Origin: Terriglobia bacterium
GTDB taxonomy: Bacteria > Acidobacteriota > Terriglobia > Acidiferrales > UBA7541
Assembly (NCBI GenBank): GCA_963695545.1
Contig: OY968796.1
Coordinates: forward strand, 2,368,001-2,432,000
DNA: 64,000 nt
Direction: 5' to 3'
Shown: positions 29,005-40,174 of the stretch, piece by piece
Layout of the letters: each line of letters opens with the position of its first letter
How positions within the stretch are numbered: the first letter of the stretch is position 1
Translations under genes and position numbers: made by a program
Notes under the pieces: model-generated
Database searches by the model: none
Told to the model about the DNA's origin: nothing
The model's input: only the letters and a program-made list of their open reading frames with translations

Positions 29005-31434
29005 GTGAAGAACCTTTGGCGTGACATTCGTTTTGGCTTTCGACTGCTCAGGAAGAATCCGGGGTTTGCCCTGGTCGCCGTACTGGCGCTCGCGCTGGGC
29101 ATTGGCGCGAACACCGCGATTTACAGCATCGTTTACGCCACTCTATTTGAATCCATGCCTTATCCCCATCCCGAGCAACTTGTGATGGTGTGGTCGAAAA
29201 TACAAGGAGGCCGGAACGTAGTTTCCGCCGGCGACTACCTTGACTGGAAAAACGAGAGCACTGTTTTCCAGAGCTTGGGGGCGTGGAGCTCCGAGAGTGT
29301 GAACCTGGGGACTTCCAGCCGACCGGAGCAGGTGCAAGCGAGCGAAATCACGCCGGGCTTTACCACGATGATGAGAGGATCGCTCTTATTGGGACGCGAT
29401 TTCCTGCCTGAGGAGGGCGAGGTTGGCAGGAACCATGTCGCCATTCTCACCTACAGTTTGTGGATGGATCGTTTCGCGGGCGACCGCGGCATCGTCGGCC
29501 GGACAGTTCCGATGAACGGCGAGCCTTACACGATTGTCGGCGTCTTCACCCCTGGCGTTGCCGACCGCGGGCGAGAGAAGCTTTCCGTGCCGCTGGCCTT
29601 CAAACCCGAACAAATCAATCACGATTTTCATTGGTTGTATGTCATGGGGCGCCTGAAACCGGGAGTAACCATTGCGCAGGCGAACGCCGATATGGACCGC
29701 GTGACGCACCATATCGCGGAGGTTTACCCGAAATCGGATCAAGGCTGGGGCGCCAGCGTCGAGTTGCTCAAGAACGACTTCTTGGACCGCGACGTGATTC
29801 GGGCACTGTGGCTGCTGTTGGGCGCGGTTGGATTCGTACTGCTGATCGCCTGTGCCAACGTGGCGAATTTGCAGCTCGCTCGAGCGACCACACGCCGGAA
29901 GGAAATCGCCGTGCGTGCGTCCGTAGGCGCAACGCGGTGGCAGATATTCCGGCAGTTTCTGGCCGAGAGCTTGGTCTTGGCGTTCATCGGAGGGATCGCA
30001 GGCGTCGCGCTGGCCTGGGTTCTGTTGAAAATTATTATAGCGATGATGCCGCCATTCACGCTCCCGTATGAAGCGGACGTGCGGCTGAGCGTGCCGGTTC
30101 TGCTGTTCACTGTCGCGGCCACTGCACTGGCGGGATTGCTGTTTGGATGCGTTCCGGCTTGGCAGGCCTCGCGGCTGAATCTTAACGACGTGCTGAAGGA
30201 GGGCGGCGGCCGGTCCTCGGTAGGTGGTAGCCGGCATGGGTTGCGCCGCATCCTCGTTGTTAGCGAGTTCGCGCTGGCGCTTACCTTGCTGGCCGGCGGC
30301 GGAATCGCGCTGCACAGCCTGTGGAACGTCGAGCACGTGGACCTGGGCTTTCGCACCGACCATCTGCTTACCTTCTCTCTTCCCGTTCCGGAGGGCCAGC
30401 TTACCGATCCACAACAGATCGACTCGTTCTATCGCCAGCTTTTGGACAGAATAAATGGCCTTCCAGGGGTATCGGCGGCCTCTGCCTCCACGGGCATGCC
30501 GCTCATGGGCACGAGTTTCGGCATGCCCTTTCAAATTGCGGGGAAAGAAGTTGATGATCTATCGAAGCGTCCGGGCGCCGGTTTCAATATGGTGAGTCCG
30601 GGATTCTTCCAGGCGTTTGGCATCCGCATGGACCAGGGGCGCTCATTCACGGATCAGGATTTGGCCGGCGGCGCTCCCGTGGCCGTGGTGAATGAGGTAT
30701 TCGCGAAGCGTTATTTTTCCGGCGTCGATCCGTTGACGCAGCGCATCCTCGTCGAGCAGTTGATTCCGGGCGTCACCAAGCTGGGCCCGACCATCGAATG
30801 GCAAATCGTCGGCGTCTACCATAACGTCCACAATGGCGGTCCCAGGGGAGAAGGCTTTCCCGAGATTGATGTGCCCTTTTGGCAGAGCCCGTGGCCACAA
30901 GCCATGATCGCCGTGCGCGCATCCGTCGATCCAGCCACGTTGAGCAAAAGCATTTCGGATATCGTCTTATCCATGAATCCCAATCTGCCTCTCGCGGATG
31001 TCAAGACGATGGATCAAATCAAAGACGAATCCATGGCCGGAGACCGATTTGGCGCGTTCCTGTTTGGAGGCTTCGCCGGAATGGCGCTGCTTCTTGCGGC
31101 GCTGGGGATTTACGGCGTGATGTCGTTTGCGGTGGCGCAGAGAACGCATGAGATCGGATTGCGCATGGCGCTTGGCGCCGGGCGCGGCGGTGTCCTTGCG
31201 CTGATTTTAAAAGAGGGCATGATCTTGTCCGGCGTGGGACTCGTCCTTGGCCTTGCCGGCGCCTATGGCGTCGGCCGAACGATGCACGGAATGTTCTACG
31301 ACGTCGGCACGATCGACCCCGCCGCGTTCGGCGCCGTGGCCTTCATTCTGATCCTCGCGGCGCTCCTGGCGTGCATCATCCCGGCGCATCGCGCGACCCA
31401 AGTCGATCCGATGCAAGCCCTCCGCGACGAATGA
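29005..31434 (+). CDS. ADOP-family duplicated ABC permease (MacB/FtsX-like)
   Basis: DIRFGFRLLRKNPGF...LALGIGANTAI; LLIACANVANL; RTHEIGLRMALGA; VDPMQALR. Confidence 0.93.
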   Translation: MKNLWRDIRFGFRLLRKNPGFALVAVLALALGIGANTAIYSIVYATLFESMPYPHPEQLVMVWSKIQGGRNVVSAGDYLDWKNESTVFQSLGAWSSESVNLGTSSRPEQVQASEITPGFTTMMRGSLLLGRDFLPEEGEVGRNHVAILTYSLWMDRFAGDRGIVGRTVPMNGEPYTIVGVFTPGVADRGREKLSVPLAFKPEQINHDFHWLYVMGRLKPGVTIAQANADMDRVTHHIAEVYPKSDQGWGASVELLKNDFLDRDVIRALWLLLGAVGFVLLIACANVANLQLARATTRRKEIAVRASVGATRWQIFRQFLAESLVLAFIGGIAGVALAWVLLKIIIAMMPPFTLPYEADVRLSVPVLLFTVAATALAGLLFGCVPAWQASRLNLNDVLKEGGGRSSVGGSRHGLRRILVVSEFALALTLLAGGGIALHSLWNVEHVDLGFRTDHLLTFSLPVPEGQLTDPQQIDSFYRQLLDRINGLPGVSAASASTGMPLMGTSFGMPFQIAGKEVDDLSKRPGAGFNMVSPGFFQAFGIRMDQGRSFTDQDLAGGAPVAVVNEVFAKRYFSGVDPLTQRILVEQLIPGVTKLGPTIEWQIVGVYHNVHNGGPRGEGFPEIDVPFWQSPWPQAMIAVRASVDPATLSKSISDIVLSMNPNLPLADVKTMDQIKDESMAGDRFGAFLFGGFAGMALLLAALGIYGVMSFAVAQRTHEIGLRMALGAGRGGVLALILKEGMILSGVGLVLGLAGAYGVGRTMHGMFYDVGTIDPAAFGAVAFILILAALLACIIPAHRATQVDPMQALRDE

Positions 31435-31499
31435 CGAGCCTCGGTAAGACGGTGGTAATCGCGCCAAAGGTGGTCCAAAATGACGGAAGGGGGATCACT

Positions 31500-32939
31500 T
31501 TGAAACTCGCGCGGACAACGTTGACAGCCGCAATCGGAATCCTGTTCTGCGCAGCATTTGCTGCGGCGCAGGCCACTCCTGTCCAGCTGTGGATTACGAC
31601 ATCCGACGATGCGGGCATAGTGAAAGGACTGGAGCAACAACCGGATCTGGCGTTCGGCGCGGACAGCAACACCGCCGAAGCCGTGATCAACCTGGACGAC
31701 ACGAAGCAGTTTCAAACAATGGTCGGCGGTGGCGCGTCTTTCACCGACGGAGCAGCCTGGCTGATCAACGAAAAATTGTCGCCCGTGCAGCGCGACGAAG
31801 TGATGCGGCGGCTCTTCGATCCGCACGAGGGAATCGGGTTGAGCTTTCTTCGCAACCCGATGGGATCCTCCGACCTCACGCGCAAGTGGTATACCTACGA
31901 TGACGACGCAAGCGATGCGACTGATCCCAGCCTGCCGCATTTCAGCATCGATCACGATCGCGCCGACGTGCTGCCCTTGACGCAATGGGCGCGCCGTTTG
32001 AATCCCGATCTTACGCTGATGATGAATCCCTGGAGCCCGCCGGCATGGATGAAATCGAGCGGCAGCCTGGTGGCGGGCGGCATCCTTCCCCAATTTTACG
32101 CGCACCAGGTGAACTACTTCGTCAAAACCATTCAGGCCTACGAGGCCGAAGGCGTGCACATCGATTACGTGACGATGAACAACGAGCCGACCTGCTGCCT
32201 GGACATCAATTATCCGTCTGTTCGAGTCATCACATCGGACGATATGATCGCGATGCTGAAGAATTATTGGTTCCCGGCATTCCAGGCGAACCATCTTACG
32301 ACCAAGATTCTTCTGCTGGATTTCAACTGGGGCGATGCAGGCCTTCTCGAGCCTCTATTGCAGGACCCTGCGATTCGAAACTCGCCGTTCGTGGGCGGCG
32401 TGGCCTGGCACGGCTATGGCGGCGATGTCTCCGTTCAATCCACATTTCACGACCGATACGGCCTGGACGCGTTTCTGACCGAACGCGCCGGAGGCGCAAA
32501 TGGAAGCCGGCAGCAACAGCAGGACTTTCGACTCATGGTGAGCGTGATCCGCAATTGGGGCAAATCCGTGGTCTTTTGGCCGGTTGCTACGGACGAAAAT
32601 TTCGGTCCTCACGTGGGCGGCTGCGATCGCTGCGCGGGCCTTGTGACGATTCATACGAACGACGCCTATGCCGGCCGTGTGGATTACGGAATTCAATATT
32701 ACGCGATGGGCCATCTCACCAAATTTGTCCGTAAAGGCGCTTATCGAATTGATTCCACGGCGAGCGCGGATATCCTCAACGTCGCTTTCAAGAATCCCGA
32801 CGGCTCGCTCGTTTTGATCGCATATAACGACACGGATAAACCCCAACCTTTTCGAGTGCGCTGGCGCTCGCAGTCGTTCGATTACACGCTGCCCGTCAAC
32901 ACCAGCGCCACATTCCGCTGGCAGCCGCCTTCACAATAA
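31500..32939 (+). CDS. GH30 glycoside hydrolase (probable beta-1,6-glucanase-like)
   Basis: Signal peptide; PWSPPAWMK, NNEP acid/base, LTE nucleophile, GPHVGGC. TTG start after GGAAGG. Confidence 0.88.
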   Translation: MKLARTTLTAAIGILFCAAFAAAQATPVQLWITTSDDAGIVKGLEQQPDLAFGADSNTAEAVINLDDTKQFQTMVGGGASFTDGAAWLINEKLSPVQRDEVMRRLFDPHEGIGLSFLRNPMGSSDLTRKWYTYDDDASDATDPSLPHFSIDHDRADVLPLTQWARRLNPDLTLMMNPWSPPAWMKSSGSLVAGGILPQFYAHQVNYFVKTIQAYEAEGVHIDYVTMNNEPTCCLDINYPSVRVITSDDMIAMLKNYWFPAFQANHLTTKILLLDFNWGDAGLLEPLLQDPAIRNSPFVGGVAWHGYGGDVSVQSTFHDRYGLDAFLTERAGGANGSRQQQQDFRLMVSVIRNWGKSVVFWPVATDENFGPHVGGCDRCAGLVTIHTNDAYAGRVDYGIQYYAMGHLTKFVRKGAYRIDSTASADILNVAFKNPDGSLVLIAYNDTDKPQPFRVRWRSQSFDYTLPVNTSATFRWQPPSQ

Positions 32940-33098
32940 ATAGTGCAAACTGTAGCGTGCGAATGAGGCGTTGGAGTGAATGAAGAGCCTCCGGAATACT
33001 CGCGAGCGGAACGCACCGCTTGCCTGGCTAAACCGCATCGCCGAAGAATTCACATCGCGCGCTTCGTGAGCGTCTTACGGAGGATTGTGCAATAGGAT

Positions 33099-34973
33099 CT
33101 AGGGCTGTTTGGGCAGCGGGGGGCGGATGCGATCGTGAGGCACTACCCCTTGGCCTTCCAGCACGGAATAGAAATGGTCCGCTGCCAGATTATCGAGCGA
33201 CTGTGTTTCGCCCGACGGCCAATGGATTTCCACGCGGTCGATGTGATCGTGGGCTCCGAGACCGAAGTGAAGGCGCAGGTCGTTTTGAGAGAGATAGCTT
33301 GAACCGCTGCGCACCTCGTCCGTTTGAACCAGACTTCCGGCAGTGACCTTGACTCTGGCGCCAATCGCGAGGCGGTTGCTTTTTGTCCCCGCGAGCTCGA
33401 AGGAAACCCAGTGGTTACTGGTGGCGCCAACATTGCGGAGAACCATAGGCGCACCATCGAGATTCTCAACAACGATGTCGATCCTTCCGTCGTTGAAGAG
33501 ATCGCCAAACGCAGCACCGCGGCTGACTTGCGGAATCTGAATGGCCGGGCCGGCAAGTTTGCTTATGTCCTTGAAAGTGCCATTGTGCTGATTCAAGAAT
33601 AGAAGCTTTGGCTCGCGGTATTTGGCTCCGGCCTCGGCGGTGTCTACTTGTGGGTAGACGTGGCCGTTCACTATGAGCACATCAGGCCAGCCGTCGTTAT
33701 CAAAGTCGAAGAACCCATCGCCCCAGCCAACATAAGGAGCCGTGCTGGGAGCGATTCCGGAAGGGTACGAAACATCCGTGAAATTCATTCCACCATCGTT
33801 CCGGAATAGCGTCGCGTACTCGTCGCTAAAATGAGTTATGAGCACGGAAAATCGTCCCGTGTGCATGTAGTCGCCAAGGGCAATGCCCATGTTGGCCTGT
33901 TCCGCTCCATCCTCGTTGACAGCCGTGCCCGCAGAATACGCAATATCGGTAAAGTGCCCGTTGCCGTCGTTTCTGTAGAGATAATTCGCTTCACCGTCGT
34001 TGGCCACAAAAAGCGCCGGATGCCCATCTTCGTCGAAGTCCGACCAAACGGCGGTCAATCCAAATGAATTTCGAGGGGCGCCGACTCCGGCGCTCTGCGA
34101 TACATCCGTGAATGTGCCGTCGCCATTGTTATGGTAGAGGATATCGGGAGAACGCTTGAGGCCTCGAGGACCACACTGGACATTAATTCCGCGATACTGG
34201 CATGTCTTGCCGGACCCGAAGGCCGGAAGATCGTCCAGATGGAAATCCACGTAGTGCGACACAAACAAGTCAAGCCGGCCATCGCCATCAATTTCGGCAA
34301 AGGTCGCGCCCGTGGCCCAACCTGAATCGTTGCTTAGGCCCGCTTGCTTCGTGACGTCCGTGAACGTTCCATCGCCGTTGTTGTGGTACAGCACGACGCC
34401 CCCGTAGCAGGTCACGAGCAAATCGGGCCAGCCATCGTTGTCGAAGTCCCCTACAACAGCACCCATCGCCCAGCAGGGATAACCGACCCCCGCCTTATCC
34501 GTGACGTCGGTGAAGGTTCCATCGTGATTATTGTGGTAAAGCGCGCTCCTAGCTTTCTTGCCCGCAAGCGCCATGTCCACGCTCTGCGCGTTGGTAAAGT
34601 AAATATCGGGCCATCCATCGCGGTCATAATCAATGAGAGCAACGCCTCCGCTCATTGACTCCACAATGTATTTCTGCTCAGGACTCGAAAGATGATTGAA
34701 TTCGATGCCTGTCGAATCGGTGATGTCCACCAACTGAGGTAACGCAGCGCCTTCCTGCGGTGCCGGTGGCTGTCCTCCGGAACGGTGCGCGGCGACAACC
34801 AGCAAACCCGGTTTGACGGCAGGTGAATCAGTATCGCGCTGCTGGCTCTGGGAGAGCACGGCGACAGGCAGAAGACAAAACAAGAGTGTCGACGAGGCCA
34901 GAATGACGATCGCGCTAGGGTGCGAGCGCCTGGATTTCAGAGGCTTTGGTATGTCAGAGGGCACTCGCTTCAC
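33099..34973 (-). CDS. CRTAC1 family protein (FG-GAP repeats + ASPIC/UnbV)
   Basis: Repeated DYDxDGWPD and NNGDGTFTDVT; SRGAAFGD, AIGARV, SYLSQND.RLHFGLG. Confidence 0.92.
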   Translation of the reverse strand: MKRVPSDIPKPLKSRRSHPSAIVILASSTLLFCLLPVAVLSQSQQRDTDSPAVKPGLLVVAAHRSGGQPPAPQEGAALPQLVDITDSTGIEFNHLSSPEQKYIVESMSGGVALIDYDRDGWPDIYFTNAQSVDMALAGKKARSALYHNNHDGTFTDVTDKAGVGYPCWAMGAVVGDFDNDGWPDLLVTCYGGVVLYHNNGDGTFTDVTKQAGLSNDSGWATGATFAEIDGDGRLDLFVSHYVDFHLDDLPAFGSGKTCQYRGINVQCGPRGLKRSPDILYHNNGDGTFTDVSQSAGVGAPRNSFGLTAVWSDFDEDGHPALFVANDGEANYLYRNDGNGHFTDIAYSAGTAVNEDGAEQANMGIALGDYMHTGRFSVLITHFSDEYATLFRNDGGMNFTDVSYPSGIAPSTAPYVGWGDGFFDFDNDGWPDVLIVNGHVYPQVDTAEAGAKYREPKLLFLNQHNGTFKDISKLAGPAIQIPQVSRGAAFGDLFNDGRIDIVVENLDGAPMVLRNVGATSNHWVSFELAGTKSNRLAIGARVKVTAGSLVQTDEVRSGSSYLSQNDLRLHFGLGAHDHIDRVEIHWPSGETQSLDNLAADHFYSVLEGQGVVPHDRIRPPLPKQP

Positions 34974-35031
34974 TGTCCTTCTTAAACGCGCTACCAGGAT
35001 CGCGATTGGGTCGCTGTGGGCGACAGGCTTG

Positions 35032-36228
35032 TTATTGGCGCGGATCAGTATCGTCGTCTTCCCTGGCTGGCTGCAGGCGCATCTCTTGATAGAGGCTCCG
35101 AAGCTTTTCTTTCATTTCTTTATATTTTTGGTACTGTGCCAGTTCGTTCTCGGCGTCCGCTGTGCGTCCGTCCTGCCGGTATAGCGTACTCAGACGAAAG
35201 TGGGCCACCGCATTGGTGGGGTCCAGCTGGACGGCACGCTCCAGAAGCGGCTGGGCTTTTTGCGGCTGATTCATTGACATCAAGACCTTGGCCAGGCCGA
35301 GATTGGCTTCCGCGTCATCGGGCCGCAATTGCACGGCTCGCGTGTAACGTTCGTAAGCCTCATTTAGATCGTTTCTCCGGGCAGCGATATCGCCAAGCCT
35401 GGATTCCGCCTGCTCGTCGAGCGGATTGACCTCCAAGGCTGCCTTGTATTCGCTTTCGGCTTCTTCCTGCCCGTCTGGCACCGACGGACTGTTCAGCATT
35501 TCGGCAAGCTCAAAATGGAGTCCGGGAAGCTGAGGGTCAATCTTGAGAGCGGCTCGATAATTCGCGATCGCTTCAGCCGTATGCCCTTGCTTCGCCAGTT
35601 CGTGCGCCATCATTTGGTGCATTCGGGCGGAATTCGGAGCCACGATGGACAAGCTAAGCATGGCCTCGTCGGTGAGATCGGAATAGATTCGGTAAGCACT
35701 GTAGAGAATTGCTTCATCCGTTGGCTCCAGGCCACGGAGAACACTTATGGTGGCCGCGGCTTTGTCCAGGTCGCCCGTCGCGGAGTAGATTTCGATCAAC
35801 TCCATGCCGGTTTCGATGCGGACCTTCTCCTCCGGCACCTTTGGGAATGCCGTCTCCAAATCGGTGCGAGCCTTGTCGATGTCGCCCGTGCGCTTTTCGG
35901 CGATGCCCAGGAGAGCCTGAATCTTCCACAGGGTGGGCCGGAGTTTCAGGGCGGCGCGGAGCTGCGGAATCGCATCCGCATAAGCCCCCTGGAAAAACAG
36001 CAACGCGCCCAGGTTGCCGTGGGCGTCCACGTTATTGGGATCGAGGGCAAGGATGGCTCTGAATTCTGTGGCGGCCTGATCAGGCTTGTTCTCCTTCAGG
36101 TATTCCCCCGCCTGGCGGTTGTGCGATTCGATTTGCTGCTGACGGCCAGGAGCAGATTGGGAGAAACACGGAAGAGAGATGAGCAAGAGCGCGGCGCACA
36201 GCGAAACACCGACTTCCTTAGTTCTCAT
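35032..36228 (-). CDS. Secreted tetratricopeptide-repeat protein
   Basis: Signal peptide and multiple TPR-like A...P...A...LG repeats. Confidence 0.88.
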   Translation of the reverse strand: MRTKEVGVSLCAALLLISLPCFSQSAPGRQQQIESHNRQAGEYLKENKPDQAATEFRAILALDPNNVDAHGNLGALLFFQGAYADAIPQLRAALKLRPTLWKIQALLGIAEKRTGDIDKARTDLETAFPKVPEEKVRIETGMELIEIYSATGDLDKAAATISVLRGLEPTDEAILYSAYRIYSDLTDEAMLSLSIVAPNSARMHQMMAHELAKQGHTAEAIANYRAALKIDPQLPGLHFELAEMLNSPSVPDGQEEAESEYKAALEVNPLDEQAESRLGDIAARRNDLNEAYERYTRAVQLRPDDAEANLGLAKVLMSMNQPQKAQPLLERAVQLDPTNAVAHFRLSTLYRQDGRTADAENELAQYQKYKEMKEKLRSLYQEMRLQPAREDDDTDPRQ

Positions 36229-36289
36229 GATGAAGACATTATACAGCGGCCCATCAGTGCTTCCGTATTTCGTTCGCCCGCGAAAAGAA

Positions 36290-36326
36290 AAGAAAGGACG
36301 GCGGCATGTCGCCGCCGTCCTTTCTT
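36290..36326 (-). terminator. Intrinsic terminator after the TonB receptor gene
   Basis: 16-bp inverted repeat AAGAAAGGACGGCGGC-atgtc-GCCGCCGTCCTTTCTT, followed on the minus strand by a T-rich tract. Confidence 0.85.
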
Positions 36327-36346
36327 GCTAAGTGAGCCGAGCGTGC

Positions 36347-39300
36347 TTAGAAGGAAAAGCGGCCCGACAGTGCCATCGTACGAGATGCATTTGCGACGCT
36401 GGTGATGGTGCCGTCACCCGAACTGCCGACGTTGTTGTTCGGCAGTGAAAAGCTCGGATGGTTGAGAGCGTTGACAGCGTCCGCGCGAATTGCGAACGCA
36501 AATCGTTCCCCGAAATGGAAGGTCTTCGAGGCGGAAAGGTCCATATCAAACAGATGCGGCCCGAACAGCGTGTTCCTGCCGACCAGCCCGAAGGTTCCAT
36601 TACCCTGCTGGGTCGGAGTTTCAAAGGCCGCGGTGTTAAACCAGCAACTCAGCGTTCCCACGGCCTTGCCATTCGGGCAAGAACCGGAAGTAGGGGAGAC
36701 ACCTGCAACAGGGTTGGCAAACAAGTTGCCAGCCTGCGAATAATCGTTTTCACTGTTGTCCAACACCGTGAACGGGGTGCCGCTCTCTACGACAAATGTT
36801 CCCGCGATCTCCAATCCCCCGACGACGGCGTCCGCAGCGCGGTTATGGTTAAGATAGGCCTTCCCGGAGCCAAACGGCAATTGGTAACTCCAAGTCCCCT
36901 TGAACGCTTGCGGGATGTCGAAGTTGGAGTTGGCGTAGTTTGCCGCGGGGTTGTTCCCAATCTGCCAATCCTGTGCCCCGGCGGTGCTGCCCCATCCGGC
37001 CGAATCCTGGTCGTCCAGCATATGCGACCAGGCATAGTTCAGATTGAAGGTTAGCCCGTTGGAATAACGCTTCTCCACCACGACTTGCAGCGAATCGTAG
37101 TTTGCTATGCCGTTGAAGTTTGAGCCCCCAAGGCTTCCGAACGCCGGATACGGACGAGCGCAGGTGAGGGGGTTGGCAGTGATGGACGCGGGCGTTGCCC
37201 CATTGCAGGCCGACACATCGTTCGCGTTCAACAAGGCAGGGTTGGTGATTTGGTTGAGGTTGGTCAGGAATTGCAGATTCGAACTGTGGCTGCCGACATA
37301 AGAAATGGACACCGCCATATCCTTGGCGAACTGGTGCTGGACAGCGAGCGTCCATTGCATGATTCGCCCGGGCTGGGTGTTGTAATTTAAGTACGGCGGG
37401 CTTTTGACGGGATTAGAGACGTAAGTCGCAGGGTTCGTCGAGCCCACAACGTAGGGCTCACAATTGACCGCCGCCGCAGCACTCGAGCTTAAGAAGAGCG
37501 GAGTGGTGTTGCCAGGGCAGCCGCTAACCCAGCCGGTATCCCCAGCTGCGGCAGAAGGGTCGTTGTTGCTGCCCTGAAAGGTAGCGCCGTAGCCAAGTTG
37601 CCCGCCACCCTCGCCTCCGTACAGGTCCTGGCTGTAGTTATAAGCGAACATCCCAAACCCGCCACGGACGGTGGTATTGGCCCTAGGCTGCCAGGCAAAG
37701 CCGACACGTGGGAGGAAGATGTCCCAGATTGGCTTCATCAACGTGGTTCGGTCATCCTGACCGCCAAACCATACCGAGCCCGCGGTGCCCGCGAAGGGGC
37801 CGACGGTATTGATGAGTTCCTGGTCGAAATCGCCATAGCGATTATCTATCTCGCTCATGCCGGTGTTCCCAGTCCAGCGCAAGCCGAGGTTTATGGTGAA
37901 ATTGGGCTTGACCTTAAAGTCGTCCTGGACGAAGGCTTGCGGGCTCTTCATCCGCATGCCGTCTATGCCCTGATTCGACGCGGACCAGTTCTCGATATTG
38001 CCCAGCAGAAAATCCGCGAGGCCCGATCCAGAGGTTCCCGTATTCAGCGTTGTGCCGCTGAAGCCGGCGGTGTATTGCCCGGTGAAACCGTAGACGCCGG
38101 CTGAATTGGAACCCCAGGCTGTGGTATTGCCCTCGCTCATCAGCACCTCAACACCGAAATGGAGGATGTGCCTGCCCTTGATGAGCGTCACCACATCCGA
38201 GGGGTCGAAAGAGTTCTCGACGTATATGGCGTCCGTAGAAGGCGCCAGACCGTTCACGGCGTCCGGGCCGCCTATATTCAGGGTCGGAAACTGGTTGTAT
38301 AGGGTATTTTGCAGGCCAAATGTCGCCCCAGGGTTCGACCCGATGGTCGCGGACTGGAAAAAGTTGCCTTGCCGGGTATAACCCATTCGAAATTCGTTTA
38401 CCACCGTTGGGCTGATCGTCCACGTATCGGTGATCTGCGCGTTGACGCCGTTCACGTCGCCTGAGCCGCAATCCTCCGGGCAGGGGAGCAACCCATTATT
38501 CGTGGCGGGGTTGTTCTTATGGGTCATGGACGCCGAGATACGGTTCTTGCTGCTCATTTCGTAGTCCCCGCGCCCAAAATACCGGAGAACTGGCGAGGAA
38601 CCGGGCTGTGTGAGGAAGGCGTTGTTGGTACATTCGTTCTGATATGGCGCGGCCGCGCATTGCCCCACGCCTAGCGGCGCGGTGGGCCATCCATATTTAG
38701 AAGACAGGATTTTCGACGCCACCGAGTCAATCCGGTTCGTCGGGATCGCGTTATTCATGAACTGCGTCCGCGTCGTGCCGACCGTGGTGGTGGGGTCATA
38801 GATGGGGTACATGCCGGCAAAATTGCCGGCCAACTCGTTGGCAGTGGGGAGGGTAACGAAGCCACTGGCCGTGGAATTGTTCACGATGTTGTCGACGTCG
38901 AAAAAGAAAAAGAGCTTGTTCTTGATAACCGGCCCTCCGACCGAACCGCCAAACTGGTCGTATCGCACGCGCGATACCGCATGGCCTGGGTTTGCAATTT
39001 CCGGGCCGGTGGGGTTCAGGGGGTTGGTCTCTAACGGATTCTGCTGATTATTGAAGTAGCCAGCGGCGTTTAGAAAATTGTTCTCCCAGGTTTCATAAAG
39101 CGACCCATGGAAGGTGTTGGTGCCGCTCTTGGTAATCTGGTTGAATACGACCCCGCCCATGCCGTATTGCGCCGAGAACGAAGAAGTGTCGATCTTAACT
39201 TCCTGGATGGTTTCGAAAATCGCGTCGTCATTGTTGTAGCTCGCCGGCAATATGGTGCTGGCGCCGTCCTGGAGGAAGTTGTCGAAATTCGGCAAATTGC

Positions 39301-39877
39301 CGTTAATGGAAGCCGCGTCGGCGGCGTTCCATGCGCCATCCGTGGTGTTCCGCCCCTGGGTCGTGCCTCCGGCGCCAGGGAGGTAAATGTTGAAGCTAGC
39401 CCAGTCGGCGCCGGTGATTCCGGTGCCTACCTGGGGTAGGTTCGCGATTTCGCTGCCTACCATAACTTCACTCTGCTCACCGCTTTCCGTCTGAAGGAGA
39501 GGCGCGCCGGTAGCCGTGACGGTCACCGTTTCATTTGGGGTGCCAATTTCGAGGCGGCCATCTTCCGTTATCACGCCCACGTTCAGGGTGATGGGGCCGC
39601 GCACAAGTGTCTTGAAACCGGTCTTGGTGAAGGTAATGTTGTAATTTCCGGTTTGGGTCGCGACGGTATCGTAGATGCCGTCTCTATTGGTGGTGAAGTC
39701 CTCTTTCACACCCGTATCAATGTTCGTCACTTCCACGTTAGCGCCGGGGACAATGGCACCCGACGGATCCGTCACCGTACCGCGAATTTCACCGGTGTTT
39801 GTGTTTTGTGAAAATGCTGGCTTGGCCAGACACACGAAAACGCAAAATACAAGCGCCCAGCGGAACAGATTCCTCAT
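36347..39877 (-). CDS. TonB-dependent receptor (Oar-like, N-terminal carboxypeptidase-regulatory-like domain)
   Basis: Signal peptide, GTVTDPSGAIVPGA, TKSGTNTFHGS, QFGGSVGGP, PRVGFAW, C-terminal Phe. Confidence 0.93.
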   Translation of the reverse strand: MRNLFRWALVFCVFVCLAKPAFSQNTNTGEIRGTVTDPSGAIVPGANVEVTNIDTGVKEDFTTNRDGIYDTVATQTGNYNITFTKTGFKTLVRGPITLNVGVITEDGRLEIGTPNETVTVTATGAPLLQTESGEQSEVMVGSEIANLPQVGTGITGADWASFNIYLPGAGGTTQGRNTTDGAWNAADAASINGNLPNFDNFLQDGASTILPASYNNDDAIFETIQEVKIDTSSFSAQYGMGGVVFNQITKSGTNTFHGSLYETWENNFLNAAGYFNNQQNPLETNPLNPTGPEIANPGHAVSRVRYDQFGGSVGGPVIKNKLFFFFDVDNIVNNSTASGFVTLPTANELAGNFAGMYPIYDPTTTVGTTRTQFMNNAIPTNRIDSVASKILSSKYGWPTAPLGVGQCAAAPYQNECTNNAFLTQPGSSPVLRYFGRGDYEMSSKNRISASMTHKNNPATNNGLLPCPEDCGSGDVNGVNAQITDTWTISPTVVNEFRMGYTRQGNFFQSATIGSNPGATFGLQNTLYNQFPTLNIGGPDAVNGLAPSTDAIYVENSFDPSDVVTLIKGRHILHFGVEVLMSEGNTTAWGSNSAGVYGFTGQYTAGFSGTTLNTGTSGSGLADFLLGNIENWSASNQGIDGMRMKSPQAFVQDDFKVKPNFTINLGLRWTGNTGMSEIDNRYGDFDQELINTVGPFAGTAGSVWFGGQDDRTTLMKPIWDIFLPRVGFAWQPRANTTVRGGFGMFAYNYSQDLYGGEGGGQLGYGATFQGSNNDPSAAAGDTGWVSGCPGNTTPLFLSSSAAAAVNCEPYVVGSTNPATYVSNPVKSPPYLNYNTQPGRIMQWTLAVQHQFAKDMAVSISYVGSHSSNLQFLTNLNQITNPALLNANDVSACNGATPASITANPLTCARPYPAFGSLGGSNFNGIANYDSLQVVVEKRYSNGLTFNLNYAWSHMLDDQDSAGWGSTAGAQDWQIGNNPAANYANSNFDIPQAFKGTWSYQLPFGSGKAYLNHNRAADAVVGGLEIAGTFVVESGTPFTVLDNSENDYSQAGNLFANPVAGVSPTSGSCPNGKAVGTLSCWFNTAAFETPTQQGNGTFGLVGRNTLFGPHLFDMDLSASKTFHFGERFAFAIRADAVNALNHPSFSLPNNNVGSSGDGTITSVANASRTMALSGRFSF

Positions 39878-40080
39878 TGAATCCCTCCACCCCAAGATTT
39901 GATTTCTTCACCGGCGACTGGGCCGGATCAAAAATGACCCCACCACCCCAAGAACGATTCGTCGACCTGAGTCCGTTGTCTTTGACCCTTGGTCCCTACG
40001 GCCACACAGGGTGCCGTTAGAAACCGACTTCTCCATTGGCTTTTCACCTAGTGTTTTTGTATTACCCCGGGCCGGGGCGC

Positions 40081-40174
40081 ATTACACTCCAGATTGTTTC
40101 TGGTGTCAAGAGGAAAATATCGATTTTTCTCTTGGATTTTCAACATCCGTGCCTATCAATATCGATTTTTCTCT
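40081..40174 (-). promoter_or_regulatory. Promoter TTGACA-N17-TGTAAT with two upstream LacI-type operators
   Basis: -35 at 40104-40109, -10 at 40081-40086; AATATCGATTTTTCTCT direct repeat at 40116 and 40158. Confidence 0.7.
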